From Anaerolineales bacterium (GTDB lineage Bacteria; Chloroflexota; Anaerolineae; Anaerolineales; E44-bin32): 64,000 bases of DNA. Below, in pieces: positions 9,303 to 19,521 of this stretch. The translations under genes were made by a program, and so were the position numbers. Within the stretch, counting starts at the first letter, position 1. The number at the start of each line of letters is the position of its first letter. Below the pieces are notes generated by a model. That model was given only the letters and a program-made list of their open reading frames with translations, had not been told where the DNA came from and did no database searches. The DNA lies in NCBI GenBank assembly GCA_034430615.1, contig DAOUEJ010000102.1:3570-67569 (forward strand). The letters are read 5' to 3'.

Positions 9303-10688
9303 ATGAAACTACAGCGTAAGGTTAGCCTGGTGCTTGGACTGCTTCTACTGTTTGGTGGTCTGACGGCATGCGGCACCAACCAGGTCGATATCGAAGTGGC
9401 CGTGGCGCAAACTCTGTCTGCCGCGTCAACCATCGATCAGGCTGTCCGGGAGGCGAGTGCCGCCACCTCCACCCCGGTGATCGAACCACCCGCAGCGACC
9501 GAGGCGCCGCCTACAGTTGAGGAGCCGACTGCGACATCAACGGTTGTGCACGTAACCATCCCCAGCAGCCCGGCGGGGGTCGCCAGCTTCATGACCGATC
9601 GCTCAACCGCGTTGCTGGCCTCCGAGCGCAGAGCCATTGGCGACAACTACGACATCAACCTGCTCGAGCGACCCTTCAGCCCGGAGGCGATGGACTACAA
9701 GGATTACCTTGACATCACCCGGGGGGAACTGAGCCTCAACCCGCCCTTTGTCTACATCACCATCCAGCTTGAGGGCGGAGCACCCGCTGATCAAGACGTA
9801 GCCTACGGTGTGGAGATTGACCTCGACCTGGATGGGCACGGTGAATGGTTGATCCTGGGTCAGGTCCCACCTGACAGCACCTGGACGACGAACGGCGTCC
9901 GCGCCTGCCGTGATTCCAATGGCGACGTCGGTGGCCCGACCGCGATGCGCGTCGACGCACCCAACTCGGCCCGCGATGGGTATGAGGACTGCGTCTTCGA
10001 GAGCGGATACGGGCTCAACCCGGACGCGGCCTGGATACGGCGCGATCCTTCTCACGCAAACTACATCCAGATCGCCTTCCTTTTCAGCCTGATCGGCTCA
10101 GACGGCGAGTTCCTGTGGGGAGCGTGGTCCGATGAAGGCTTGCAGGAACCAGCGTATTTCGATTACCACGATCACTTCACGATCACCGAAGCTGGCTCAC
10201 CAGCCTCCGAGAGCAGTTACTACCCACTGAAGGCAGTCGCGCTGCTCGATAACACCTGTCGCTGGGGATACGGCTTTGCCCCGACCGGTACCGAGCCGGG
10301 CACCTGCTACGTCCCACCTACGGCGACACCCGTTCCGGTTGGATCGATTTCCGGTTACGTCTATGAGGGATACGGAGGACCTGGACCTTCAAGCACGCGG
10401 ATCTCTGGCGTATCTGTCCGCCTCGGGCAGGGAGCATGCTCATCGAGCGGCTATCAATCGGCCAGTACGAATGGCGACGGCTACTACAGCTTCAATAGGC
10501 TGCCGCCGGGGACCTACTGTGTGACCGTGATTAGCAGCTCTCTTCCACCGGCTCAATACGGATGGTCCGTGATGTATCCAAGCGGCTTCGGCGGCACACC
10601 ACCTCCCAATCCCTATCGACAGGTTATTGTCGCCCCGGATGGAACCATCACAAATATCAATTTTGGGTACGCCCGCAACATCGGATAA
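9303..10688 (+). CDS. Secreted lipoprotein, unknown function, with C-terminal SdrD/Cna-B-like domain
   Basis: GAGGAG SD then ATG 9303. Lipobox LLFGGLTAC|G. C-terminal GYVYEG...SGVSVRL...TNGDGYYSFNRLPPGTYCV resembles the carboxypeptidase-regulatory/SdrD B fold. Confidence 0.6.
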   Translation: MKLQRKVSLVLGLLLLFGGLTACGTNQVDIEVAVAQTLSAASTIDQAVREASAATSTPVIEPPAATEAPPTVEEPTATSTVVHVTIPSSPAGVASFMTDRSTALLASERRAIGDNYDINLLERPFSPEAMDYKDYLDITRGELSLNPPFVYITIQLEGGAPADQDVAYGVEIDLDLDGHGEWLILGQVPPDSTWTTNGVRACRDSNGDVGGPTAMRVDAPNSARDGYEDCVFESGYGLNPDAAWIRRDPSHANYIQIAFLFSLIGSDGEFLWGAWSDEGLQEPAYFDYHDHFTITEAGSPASESSYYPLKAVALLDNTCRWGYGFAPTGTEPGTCYVPPTATPVPVGSISGYVYEGYGGPGPSSTRISGVSVRLGQGACSSSGYQSASTNGDGYYSFNRLPPGTYCVTVISSSLPPAQYGWSVMYPSGFGGTPPPNPYRQVIVAPDGTITNINFGYARNIG

Positions 10689-10701
10689 CCTTTAGGTACC
10701 A

Positions 10702-10738
10702 AAAAGGAGGGCACTTAGAATTCCGGTGCCCTCCTTTT
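10702..10738. terminator. Bidirectional rho-independent terminator
   Basis: AAAAGGAGGGCAC-ttagaattccg-GTGCCCTCCTTTT between convergent genes. A/T runs flank both sides. Confidence 0.75.
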
Positions 10739-10755
10739 GTTTAAATTACAACAAT

Positions 10756-13671
10756 TCAGGAGTCAGGTCTGGTGACTACAAACAAGATCGAGGGGCTTAT
10801 CGTTGCGTTACCGGCCAGATCGAACACCTCGGCGTAGAGCGTGTGCTCACCGCTCCTGGACAGGCGCCAGGTCGTCGAGAACGACTCGCCTGTCAACGTA
10901 GCCGCCACCTGTCCGTCGACGTAGAAAACGACCCGGGCAACCCCGTATTCGTCTGAAGCATCGACCTGTAACACGGTGCTTTCGGTTATATCACCCACGA
11001 TCAACTGGCCAGCTTCAGGCAGTGTGATCACCGCCGCCGGGGCGCTGTTATCGACGGTGACCTGGACGGCATCCGTACGCAGGCGGCCTGTACCATCCAC
11101 AACGACCAGTTGAATCGTATAAAGCCCGCTGAGAGCAGATGTGTCCCATGTCGCCAGCAGTCCGCCACGCACCGGGCGATTCTCATCCTGGCCGATCTGC
11201 ACCCAGCTGGTGGGATTCAAGCCACGACCGTATTGAACCCGGAAACGTTCCATCCCTTCGGGCTCGGCGTGGCCTGTTATACGCACGATCCCTCGTAGGA
11301 ATGTGAAGGACTCCGGGGCGCTGATATTAACCTGAGGATCTGGTTCCTCGGCCCGCAGCGTGTCGTACTCCTCCGGCGGCCGGGCGATGCCGGCCTCGTT
11401 TGCCCACTCCGCAGCCTCAGGAGGTACCACCATGAAGACCTGCTCTTCTACCAGATCAGGCGGCGTGTTGAGCGTGGCAAGCTTCCCCGTTTCACGGTTG
11501 ACCAGGAAGGGTTGAAACAGATTATCAAAGGTTGTTGGCTCGGTACCATTAAGAAAGACCTCCCGGACGACGTTTGGGCAGTAGAGTGTCGGCAGCAGTC
11601 CGGACGGGTCGCAAACCTCCAGGCTGCTGACGCCGGGCGGGATTCTCCAAGAGGCGGGTGGGTGGTCGCGGGTGGCGTACTGCAGGAGTGCATGCCACAC
11701 CGGGGCGGGACCGTTCATCGCCGTCAGCGTCTCCGCTGCTGCAGGACTCTGGGATTCGAACCAAACACCGATGACAACACCGGGGGTGAAACCCAGCGTC
11801 CAGGCTTGCCCAGTTTCGGGCGACATGGATGCTACCACCCCGGCTGGTCGGCCCACTTCGAGTGGGCTGCCTTTTCCGACACTCGGCCAACGGGCCGATT
11901 CATCGCTCAGGATATCCACCATCAGGTACGCGAGCTGGGCGCTGACCAGGGATTGCGAGCCTGGATCAGCCTGATATATCAAGCGTTGGTTCCCGTCCTC
12001 GATTTGCAGGATGACGACCGGCTCGAGCTGTCCATCTAGGCTTTCAATTCCCCCACGGGTGCCGTGCAGTTGCCCCTCACTTGCAAAAACACTATAGGCG
12101 TGCACAAGCTCCAGTAGGTTTGAATCTAAATCCAGACCGTCCTCGACCCCGGTCAAGCTCGGCTTCTGATTTTGAAAGCCAAAGGAAGCCACGGTCCGTC
12201 TGACACTCTCAAGTCCAACCTGGTCGATCAACCGGTCGAGTGCGGCTTGGTATTGATTGGCCAGGGCGATCCGCAACCGAACCGGCCCATGTTCACCGTA
12301 GCCAGGAAGTTGGCTAACGGGGTTACTGCCTTGCAGGGGAACATCGAGTAGCATGCTCGCTGGCGTATAACCTTGCGCGAAGGCTGTCAAAGCGGTGAAG
12401 GGTGCCTCAAGGCCGGTGGCCGGCTTCGGGGACGTTCCGGGCCCAATCAGGCTCAGCAATTCTCCGGTTTGGGGGTCAAGAATGACAACTGCACCGGATT
12501 GGATCGCGTGATCCACCCCGGCGTCCTTCGGCCGTATGGGTGTCAGCAATCCGACGGCCAGGCAGCCCGATCCGTCTGCCAGCGAAATGATGGCGCCCGG
12601 TTCGCCTCCATTGAGGCGGTTTACTTGAGATTCGAGGGTACAGAGAGCTTGTCGGTGAAGATCTAGATCGAGACTCGTCTGCACACGCAGCCCGCTGCGC
12701 CCGAGGAGTGAGCGGCCAAAGCTGCCTTCGATGTATTGTGTGATGTACGCCTCAAAGGAGTCCAGGCTCGTGACGGCAGCCTCCGCAGGGCTCGCGAACA
12801 CCAGCTGCGCCTCACTGGCCCGCCTGGCTTCTAAATGGCTGATCAGCCCGGCCGCGGCCATCGCTTCGAGGACGTCCGTCTGGATTTGAGTTGCAGCATC
12901 GGGTTGATCAACCGGATTGAGCTCGGGTGCAAGTGGGATTGAAGCGAGCATCGTACTCTCGGCCAATGTCAGATCGCTGGCATGCTTATCAAAATACACC
13001 AGTGCCGCAGCATCGATGCCATAGGCCTGGTTTCCGAAATCGGCACTGTTCAGGTACCACTCCAGGATTTGCTCGCGCGGGTAGCGCCGTGTTATCTCGG
13101 CTGCAAGGAGGACGGTTTGAACACGCGCCGCTCCAGGGTTTTCACCTCCGGAGTAGAGGGGAGCGAGCTGCGCCTGAGCCAACCGCTCTGTAATCGTCAT
13201 GTTAGCAGCATCGCCCTGAGAGCCGAAAAGGTAGTCTGTAATCGCAGCCAGGGCTTGAGCTGGCAGATAGCCCGGGTGGCTCCAGAAGCCTTGGTCCTGA
13301 GCGATGAGAATGGCCTGCAGCGAATAGGATGGCAGATCGATCGGACCTTCAGGATCGAGATAGATCCAGCGCCTTGAGCTGGCCGAGGGATGAAGCCATT
13401 CAAAAAGCAGCTGCCCCTGATCTCGGTCGTAGAAGCGGACCGGCCGAAACGCCTCCCGGCCCGAGGGACCAAAACTTCTCTCGAGATCATGGACGGGGGG
13501 CAAGGCCGCTGCCAAATTGGCGAAAGTCAGAGCCAACCCCAGAACAGCCAACCCGGCCAGAAAGCTGATGAGCAAAGCAGATCCATGTGCGAATTGCCGG
13601 AGCCGGCGTCCACCGACTCTACGCTTTGCTCGCTGATGTCTCGTTCGCAGGATCTGCAGCGTTCCAGGCAT
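10756..13671 (-). CDS. Class A penicillin-binding protein homolog (GT51 plus transpeptidase fold plus C-terminal Ig-like domains); catalytic motifs look degenerate
   Basis: 971 aa with N-terminal TM anchor. GT51-like QDQGFWSHPGY and RRYPREQILEWYLN. TPase-like region APFTALTAFAQGYTPASMLLDVP. C-terminal Ig-like repeats. See the finding on the missing catalytic residues. Confidence 0.8.
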   Translation of the reverse strand: MPGTLQILRTRHQRAKRRVGGRRLRQFAHGSALLISFLAGLAVLGLALTFANLAAALPPVHDLERSFGPSGREAFRPVRFYDRDQGQLLFEWLHPSASSRRWIYLDPEGPIDLPSYSLQAILIAQDQGFWSHPGYLPAQALAAITDYLFGSQGDAANMTITERLAQAQLAPLYSGGENPGAARVQTVLLAAEITRRYPREQILEWYLNSADFGNQAYGIDAAALVYFDKHASDLTLAESTMLASIPLAPELNPVDQPDAATQIQTDVLEAMAAAGLISHLEARRASEAQLVFASPAEAAVTSLDSFEAYITQYIEGSFGRSLLGRSGLRVQTSLDLDLHRQALCTLESQVNRLNGGEPGAIISLADGSGCLAVGLLTPIRPKDAGVDHAIQSGAVVILDPQTGELLSLIGPGTSPKPATGLEAPFTALTAFAQGYTPASMLLDVPLQGSNPVSQLPGYGEHGPVRLRIALANQYQAALDRLIDQVGLESVRRTVASFGFQNQKPSLTGVEDGLDLDSNLLELVHAYSVFASEGQLHGTRGGIESLDGQLEPVVILQIEDGNQRLIYQADPGSQSLVSAQLAYLMVDILSDESARWPSVGKGSPLEVGRPAGVVASMSPETGQAWTLGFTPGVVIGVWFESQSPAAAETLTAMNGPAPVWHALLQYATRDHPPASWRIPPGVSSLEVCDPSGLLPTLYCPNVVREVFLNGTEPTTFDNLFQPFLVNRETGKLATLNTPPDLVEEQVFMVVPPEAAEWANEAGIARPPEEYDTLRAEEPDPQVNISAPESFTFLRGIVRITGHAEPEGMERFRVQYGRGLNPTSWVQIGQDENRPVRGGLLATWDTSALSGLYTIQLVVVDGTGRLRTDAVQVTVDNSAPAAVITLPEAGQLIVGDITESTVLQVDASDEYGVARVVFYVDGQVAATLTGESFSTTWRLSRSGEHTLYAEVFDLAGNATISPSILFVVTRPDS

Positions 13672-13761
13672 GGGCTGATTCTAACTTATCCGGAGTACTA
13701 TAATCTTGCAAGAGCCGTGCCCCTCCCCATCCCAGAGGTATTGCCTGGAGGCTATGCGTTC

Positions 13762-14577
13762 GTGCTGCCGGATTATCATGTTCATTCGCTGTTCTCCTGT
13801 GATGCCCATGACAGCGTTGACGCGCTATGCCGCCGCGCTCTTGAGCTCGGAGTTCGGGAGATGGGCATCAGCGAGCATTGCGATTACCACCCACTGGACG
13901 AGTGCCGAGGGTATTTTCAACCGGAGCTCTGGTGGAAGGCGATCGAGGCATGCCGGCAGGAATACGGAACTGGTCTCGCCCTGCGAGCCGGCCTGGAGCT
14001 TGGCGAACCCCATCTCTTCCGGGCACAGATTGGCACGCTGCTTGAGGACTATCCCTGGGACTACATTCTCGGCTCCCTGCACTGGGTTAAAGAAAGGATA
14101 ATCTTCAACCCAGATTACTTTGAACAGCCAGCCAAACTTGCTTACCGAGACTATTTCATTGAGTTGCTGCAGATGGTGAAAAAAGGTGAGTTCGACATCC
14201 TCGCACATATGGACATTGTGAAACGTTATGGCTTCGATTGCTACGGCCCTTTCGACCCGCGTCGTTGGGAAGGGGAAATCCGGGCCGTTCTGAATGAACT
14301 CGCCCGATCGGAGCGTGCCCTGGAAGTCAACACCAGCACACTGCGCCGACCTGTGAGCGAAACCTCGCCCACCAGTACAATCCTACGCTGGTTCCGGGAG
14401 GAAGGCGGCCGGTTCGTGAGCTTTGGATCGGATGCGCACAAGGTCCAGGATCTGGCTTCAGGATGGCAGCAAGCGGCATCAGAGCTGCGAACTGCCGGGT
14501 TCAGCGAGTACGCCACCTACCACCTGCGCCAACCCGAGCTTCACCCGCTGCCTTCTACCGTGGTCACGCCTCCTTGA
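13762..14577 (+). CDS. PHP-family histidinol-phosphatase-like hydrolase (HisJ/HisK type)
   Basis: PDYHVHSLFSCDAH, ISEHCDY, GSLHW and FGSDAH metal-binding motifs. The long 5' extension of ORF 13390.. is antisense to the PBP gene. GTG 13762 has GGAGG 10 nt upstream; the start is uncertain (TTG 13741 is the alternative). Confidence 0.72.
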   Translation: MLPDYHVHSLFSCDAHDSVDALCRRALELGVREMGISEHCDYHPLDECRGYFQPELWWKAIEACRQEYGTGLALRAGLELGEPHLFRAQIGTLLEDYPWDYILGSLHWVKERIIFNPDYFEQPAKLAYRDYFIELLQMVKKGEFDILAHMDIVKRYGFDCYGPFDPRRWEGEIRAVLNELARSERALEVNTSTLRRPVSETSPTSTILRWFREEGGRFVSFGSDAHKVQDLASGWQQAASELRTAGFSEYATYHLRQPELHPLPSTVVTPP

Positions 14578-15335
14578 CTCACGATCCTTCCTGGCTGGAC
14601 GTCCTCTGGCTTGGGCTGACCGGCTTTGATAAAGCCCGCCAGCTCCAAGAAAGCCTGGCAGGCGAGATCCAGGCCCAGAAGCGGGCGCCAACGTTGCTGC
14701 TGCTGGAGCACCCCCATACCTACACCTTCGACCGTCGCGGCCAAGAGGCCAATCTGCTCTGGGATCGCGCGGAACTCAACCGGCGGGGGGTCGAGGTGCG
14801 CTGGACGGATCGCGGCGGGGATGTGACCTACCATGGACCCGGTCAACTCGTCGGCTACCCCTTGCTGCCTCTCGGCCCAGTCTCAAACCTCGGCCGCATG
14901 CCACAGGCTGATTATGTGGGCTTCATCCGGCGCCTGGAGGAGAGCCTTATCCGGGCTCTGGCGGCGATGGGTCTTGTATGTGGGCAAATCGAAGGGCTCA
15001 CCGGTGTTTGGGTACGGCCTGACGTCGCCTCTCGCTGCCGGCACTGTCCCCCGCAAGCCCGTTTGCAGCCTTCGAAAATCGCAGCGATCGGTATAAAGGT
15101 GGACGCACACGGGATCACCCGTCACGGCTTTGCCTTGAACGTAAAACCAGATATGGAGTACTGGGAGGGCATCATCGCGTGCGGCCTGGTTGATCATCCG
15201 GCAGTGTCGCTGGCTGACTTGCTGGAACCCACACCAGAAATGGATCAGGTTGTACGACATGTAGTCGAGGCCTTCTCCACAACATTTCACTTTTCGGAGA
15301 CGGTCTGGCACGATTCCCGCACCCTGGACGAATAA
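14574..15335 (+). CDS. lipB: Octanoyltransferase LipB
   Basis: RGGDVTYHGPGQLVGYP and KIAAIGIKV...HGFALNV motifs. Proposed TTG start overlaps the upstream TGA (TTGA). Start is uncertain. Confidence 0.82.
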   Translation: MTHDPSWLDVLWLGLTGFDKARQLQESLAGEIQAQKRAPTLLLLEHPHTYTFDRRGQEANLLWDRAELNRRGVEVRWTDRGGDVTYHGPGQLVGYPLLPLGPVSNLGRMPQADYVGFIRRLEESLIRALAAMGLVCGQIEGLTGVWVRPDVASRCRHCPPQARLQPSKIAAIGIKVDAHGITRHGFALNVKPDMEYWEGIIACGLVDHPAVSLADLLEPTPEMDQVVRHVVEAFSTTFHFSETVWHDSRTLDE

Positions 15336-15372
15336 CCCGAGTGATGACCTGCGCAGGAGGCAAGACCCATAG

Positions 15373-16359
15373 ATGAAGACGATCCTCTCGATCGACGGCG
15401 GAGGGATCCGCGGCATCATCCCGCTTGCCTGCCTCGTGCAGCTTGAGCGGCGTGAGGCGAAATCTGCCCCGGAACTCTTCCAGTTGGTGGCCGGCACCTC
15501 AACCGGATCCGTCATCGCTGCTGGGCTGGCCCTCGGGCTCACAGCACGCGGCCTGCTTGCGCTCTATAAGGATTTAGCGCGTCAAGCCTTCAAGAAACTG
15601 CCCTGGTGGCAGGTTCTTGCCAACCTCGGCAACCACCGCTACAGCAACGCCTTCATCGCTGCCACTCTGGACGCGATCGGGGCGGATGTGGCACTCAATG
15701 ACCTCCCGCTTCAGATCCTGATCACGGCCAAGAACACCCGCACCAGCCGTACGGACTTCTTCGTACGCGACGGGCCCGGCAACGCCTCGTTATGGGGGAC
15801 CATGCGCCTTAAAGATGCAGTCCTGGCGAGTATCGCCGCCCCGACCTACTTTCCTGCCCACCATGCCATAGTCCTTGACCAATCCCACTCATGGGTCGAT
15901 GGCGGGGTCGGTGTGGCCGGAAACCCCGCCTACCATGCTGCGGTCGAAGCGCTGCATTACACCGCCGGCGACTTCCAGCCGGGCGAGACCCGCATGCTCT
16001 CCTTCGGAACCGGACGACACCCACATCCGATCGATGCCGACAGAGCCAACCTGCTCCAATGGGCGCGTTGGAGCCTGGATGAGATCCTCGAGGATGCCGG
16101 CGATTGGCAAACATTCGTCACCCGCCGGGAGTACGACATCAGTGGTGAGATCGACTTCCGGCGCTACCAACTCGACCTCGCACAGGACGTCATGCAGCTG
16201 CTCGGAGTGGAGATCCCGGAAGGGGTGGATGTCAGCACGATCGGCCTGGATGATGTCTGGGCGGTTGACCTGCTCGAAGCGATCGGCCGTAGTTTTGCTG
16301 CCCGCATCGATTTCGATGATCCAGCCGGTTTGGAGCTTGAAACCAGCGGAGGGTGTTGA
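15373..16359 (+). CDS. Patatin-like phospholipase
   Basis: DGGGIRG oxyanion motif, GTSTGS nucleophile elbow and VDGGV catalytic Asp motif. Confidence 0.88.
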   Translation: MKTILSIDGGGIRGIIPLACLVQLERREAKSAPELFQLVAGTSTGSVIAAGLALGLTARGLLALYKDLARQAFKKLPWWQVLANLGNHRYSNAFIAATLDAIGADVALNDLPLQILITAKNTRTSRTDFFVRDGPGNASLWGTMRLKDAVLASIAAPTYFPAHHAIVLDQSHSWVDGGVGVAGNPAYHAAVEALHYTAGDFQPGETRMLSFGTGRHPHPIDADRANLLQWARWSLDEILEDAGDWQTFVTRREYDISGEIDFRRYQLDLAQDVMQLLGVEIPEGVDVSTIGLDDVWAVDLLEAIGRSFAARIDFDDPAGLELETSGGC

Positions 16360-16386
16360 GAGTCTACCCCCTGGTAAGAAATAACT

Positions 16387-16417
16387 GACCGGAGCTCAAT
16401 CAACCTGAGCTCCGGTC
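16387..16417. terminator. Hairpin terminator between convergent patatin and AKR genes
   Basis: GACCGGAGCTCA-atcaacc-TGAGCTCCGGTC followed by TCGTTTC. Confidence 0.65.
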
Positions 16418-16444
16418 TCGTTTCTAGCCAGAACATACACGGCG

Positions 16445-17410
16445 CTAGGATGGCTCAGGGATATCCTTGAGTACATCATCAATACGCGCCAACACCTGCG
16501 GCGAGAGCCGTGGTAGGACCTCAAGCGCACCCAGGTTATCTTTGAGATGCGCTGGCTGCGTCGCACCGGTTATCACGCTGCTGACCTGAGGCACACGCAG
16601 CAGCCATGCGATCGCCAGTTGGGCCATGGTGGCGTCAAGCTCAACTGCGATCGCCGTTAATCTGCGCACGGCTTCGACTCGATCCGGGCTGACTACTTTC
16701 TCGCCCCATTCTGGTTCACGTGTCAGACGTGTCTCTTCCGCGGGCATCCCCTGGTTATACTTGCCGCTCAGCAGTCCGTATTTCAAGGGGCTCCATGTCA
16801 CCATGCCGTAGCCCAATTCATCGGCGGCAGGCGCGAGTTCTTGCTCCAGCTTGCGACGGACGAACATGTTGTACTGTGGTTGTTCAACAGCGGGCGGGTA
16901 GCCCCGATTCGCCTCCGCAATCGAATAGGCAAGGCGAAGCTGTGACACACTCCACTCCGAAGTTCCCCAGTAAAGCACCTTTCCCTGATGGATGAGATCC
17001 TCCATGGCTCGGACGACCTCCTCCACGGGTGTGTCATCATCGTAACGGTGGCAAAAATAAAGGTCCAGGTACTCTATCCGCATCCGGCGCAGGCTGGCAT
17101 GGCATGACTCCATGATGTGCTTACGCGAGAGTCCCCGGCCATTCGGGCCCGGCATGGTCTGCCAGAAGACTTTGCTCGAGAGCACGAGTTCTTCGCGTGG
17201 GAGCTCCTGGACGATGGAACCCATCACCTGCTCCGCTTGCCCGTTGGCGTAGATATCTGCGTTATCAAAAAAATTGATCCCGGCTTCGTAGGCGGCGATC
17301 ATCAAAGTACGGGCGATGTCTTTGTCAATCTGGTCTCCGAATGTCACCCACGATCCAAAGGAGAGCGCGCTGAGCTTCAGTCCGGTCTGTCCCATCCGAC
17401 GGTATTCCAC
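16445..17410 (-). CDS. Aldo/keto reductase (Kv-beta-like subfamily)
   Basis: 321 aa. MEYRRMGQTGLKLSALSFGSW...FFDNADIYANGQAE and other typical AKR motifs. Confidence 0.88.
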   Translation of the reverse strand: MEYRRMGQTGLKLSALSFGSWVTFGDQIDKDIARTLMIAAYEAGINFFDNADIYANGQAEQVMGSIVQELPREELVLSSKVFWQTMPGPNGRGLSRKHIMESCHASLRRMRIEYLDLYFCHRYDDDTPVEEVVRAMEDLIHQGKVLYWGTSEWSVSQLRLAYSIAEANRGYPPAVEQPQYNMFVRRKLEQELAPAADELGYGMVTWSPLKYGLLSGKYNQGMPAEETRLTREPEWGEKVVSPDRVEAVRRLTAIAVELDATMAQLAIAWLLRVPQVSSVITGATQPAHLKDNLGALEVLPRLSPQVLARIDDVLKDIPEPS

Positions 17411-17532
17411 GTAAACCTCCCTGCTAGTACGAATGCGCTAGGCCCGGTTGATTATATCCTCGCCTAATCTGGGGGAGGCTGATCGTGCTATACTCCTAGC
17501 GGTCCGAACCTCTGCCGGAGGGAAATAGGTAC

Positions 17533-18573
17533 ATGGCGGATTTAATGAAAGCCGTGATCAAAGGCCACGCCGGGCCCGGTCTGGAGATGCGTGAAGTCCC
17601 CATCCCCACCATCCAACCCGATGAAGTGCTCGTAAAGGTCCGTGCCGCTTCGATTTGCGGTACGGATTTGCATATCTACAACTGGGATGCGTGGTCTGCC
17701 AGCCGGGTGCACCCCCCGGTCGTCGTCGGCCATGAAATCTGCGGGGACGTGGTCGGGCGCGGCGCTTTGGTCAAGACTCCCGAAGTTGGTGATTTCGTTT
17801 CGCTCGAATCGCATGTCATCTGCAACACCTGCGCTTTCTGCCGGACCGGCCTGGGGCATATCTGTAAAAATACACGCTTGATCGGTGTGGACCGTGACGG
17901 TGGGTTCGCCGAGTATATCGCCATCGACGCACAGAACGCCTGGCCCAATCCCCCTGATTTACCGGTTGAAATAGCCGTCCTGCAGGAGAATTTCGGTAAC
18001 GCGGTCCACACGGCTTTCGCGGCCGACCTGCGCGCAAAAAAAGTTCTCGTCACCGGCTGTGGTCCAGTTGGCCTGATGACAATCGCAGTTGCCCGGGCCA
18101 TCGGCGCGCGGGCAGTCTACGCCACCGATATCAGTCCTTATCGTGTGGATTTCGCCCGGCGCATGGGTGCCGATCTAGCGATGCATGCCATTGAAGATCC
18201 AGTGATCGAGCTCATCCGTGACGCGACCGACGGCGAGGGGGTGGATGTGCTGCTTGAGATGTCGGGCTCACCTTCGGCCATCGATCAAGGTTTTTCATTG
18301 CTCAAACCGGGTGGCGAGGCAGCCCTGTTGGGCGTTACGCCGGGCTCATTCGAATTCGATTGGAACCATCACATCGTCTTTAAAGCCGCCAAGGTGCTCG
18401 GTATCAGCGGACGGCGACTCTGGCAGACCTGGTACCAGTCACGTGGCCTGATCAGATCGGGAGCGGTGGATCTTTCCCCACTTGTAACACACCACTTCAC
18501 GATGGAAGAGTATGACAAGGCCTTTGAAACTATGTCATCTGGGACTTCGGGCAAAGTCATGCTCACTCCCTAA
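17533..18573 (+). CDS. tdh: L-threonine 3-dehydrogenase (zinc ADH family)
   Basis: ICGTDLHIYNWDAWS...GHEICG, a Tdh-type N-terminus. Rossmann motif GCGPVGL. Confidence 0.82.
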   Translation: MADLMKAVIKGHAGPGLEMREVPIPTIQPDEVLVKVRAASICGTDLHIYNWDAWSASRVHPPVVVGHEICGDVVGRGALVKTPEVGDFVSLESHVICNTCAFCRTGLGHICKNTRLIGVDRDGGFAEYIAIDAQNAWPNPPDLPVEIAVLQENFGNAVHTAFAADLRAKKVLVTGCGPVGLMTIAVARAIGARAVYATDISPYRVDFARRMGADLAMHAIEDPVIELIRDATDGEGVDVLLEMSGSPSAIDQGFSLLKPGGEAALLGVTPGSFEFDWNHHIVFKAAKVLGISGRRLWQTWYQSRGLIRSGAVDLSPLVTHHFTMEEYDKAFETMSSGTSGKVMLTP

Positions 18574-18582
18574 GGAGGAACC

Positions 18583-19521
18583 ATGGGCCCCCCAACCGAA
18601 AAACCGATGAGCCTGGAACGAATTCTGCTTATCGCCGTCAGCATCCTGCTCATTCTCGCTATCATCTTCATCGCCGTAAGCCAGCTGACCGGCCGGTCAT
18701 CCAGTGAAGCAGAAGAGCCCACCCCGGTTGAGATGGCAGTTTCTGAGGCTGCACCGACCAAACCACCGCCAGCACCGACCTTCCCGCCAGCCGACGCGAC
18801 TGTGGCAGAACCTTCCAGTGGTGAGCCGGAAGCCTCACCCACTTCGGGAGTCCAACGATTGGTGCTGGAGAACACACCGACTCCTTTTTCCGTCACCAGC
18901 GATGACCCGCGCATCATCCTCAACCTGGCCGATCCCAGCTATACCGATTTCTTCAACAATCCCAAGACCTGGTACACCTATGACGCGGATAAATCGAGCG
19001 GTAAGGCTGAGTACAAATTTGAAGATGGCAAGCTGATCGGAACGGATCTGGATGCGGAGGATACCGGGTTGTACTGGTCTTATACCTCTGCACAATCTGG
19101 CCGGGTATACGTCGAAATAAGTACCACCAACGGCGATTGCGCTGCACGCGATGCGGTAGGGCTTGTGATGCGTGTGCAGGCAGATGTAACACCCAGCGGT
19201 TATGCCATGGAAGTGTCCTGCGACGGCGCCTATCGTTTCATCCGCTTCCGCGAAGCCGGCCGTCCGACCGCGACTTTGATCGATTGGACCGCCTCCGAGG
19301 CTATCAACCAGGGGCTCGGCGCGACCAACCGGATCGGCATCTGGGGTTACGATGGCAAGTTCTACCTGTTCATCAACAATACCCTCATCGCTGACTTCTT
19401 TGACAACGGAATGCCCTATTCATACGGATACTTTGCGGCCTACGTGCGTGCTCAGATCTCCTATCCGCTGACGGCGAGTTTCGACGATTTCGCCTTCTGG
19501 CATATCCCGTTCATCCCATGA
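18583..19521 (+). CDS. Membrane-anchored protein with ConA/LamG-like (DUF1080-like) C-terminal domain, paralog 1
   Basis: Signal anchor, Pro-rich linker, then GDCAARDAVGLVMRV...YAMEVSCDGAYRF...FDDFAFWHIP. These blocks are shared with the next two ORFs. Confidence 0.6.
   Translation: MGPPTEKPMSLERILLIAVSILLILAIIFIAVSQLTGRSSSEAEEPTPVEMAVSEAAPTKPPPAPTFPPADATVAEPSSGEPEASPTSGVQRLVLENTPTPFSVTSDDPRIILNLADPSYTDFFNNPKTWYTYDADKSSGKAEYKFEDGKLIGTDLDAEDTGLYWSYTSAQSGRVYVEISTTNGDCAARDAVGLVMRVQADVTPSGYAMEVSCDGAYRFIRFREAGRPTATLIDWTASEAINQGLGATNRIGIWGYDGKFYLFINNTLIADFFDNGMPYSYGYFAAYVRAQISYPLTASFDDFAFWHIPFIP

Noticed and set aside
13390-13761. 5' extension of the PHP phosphatase ORF (the ORF track starts it at 13390).
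   Set aside because: The extension is antisense to the N-terminus of the PBP homolog and has no family similarity. The conserved DYHVHS motif begins near 13771, so a start at about 13741-13762 is more plausible.
15373-16359. Patatin-like phospholipase as a possible CBASS (CapV-like) effector or defence gene.
   Set aside because: No CD-NTase, SAVED/STING, E1/E2/JAB or other defence partner is adjacent. Its neighbours are lipB, a PHP phosphatase and an aldo/keto reductase, so it looks like a stand-alone lipid hydrolase.
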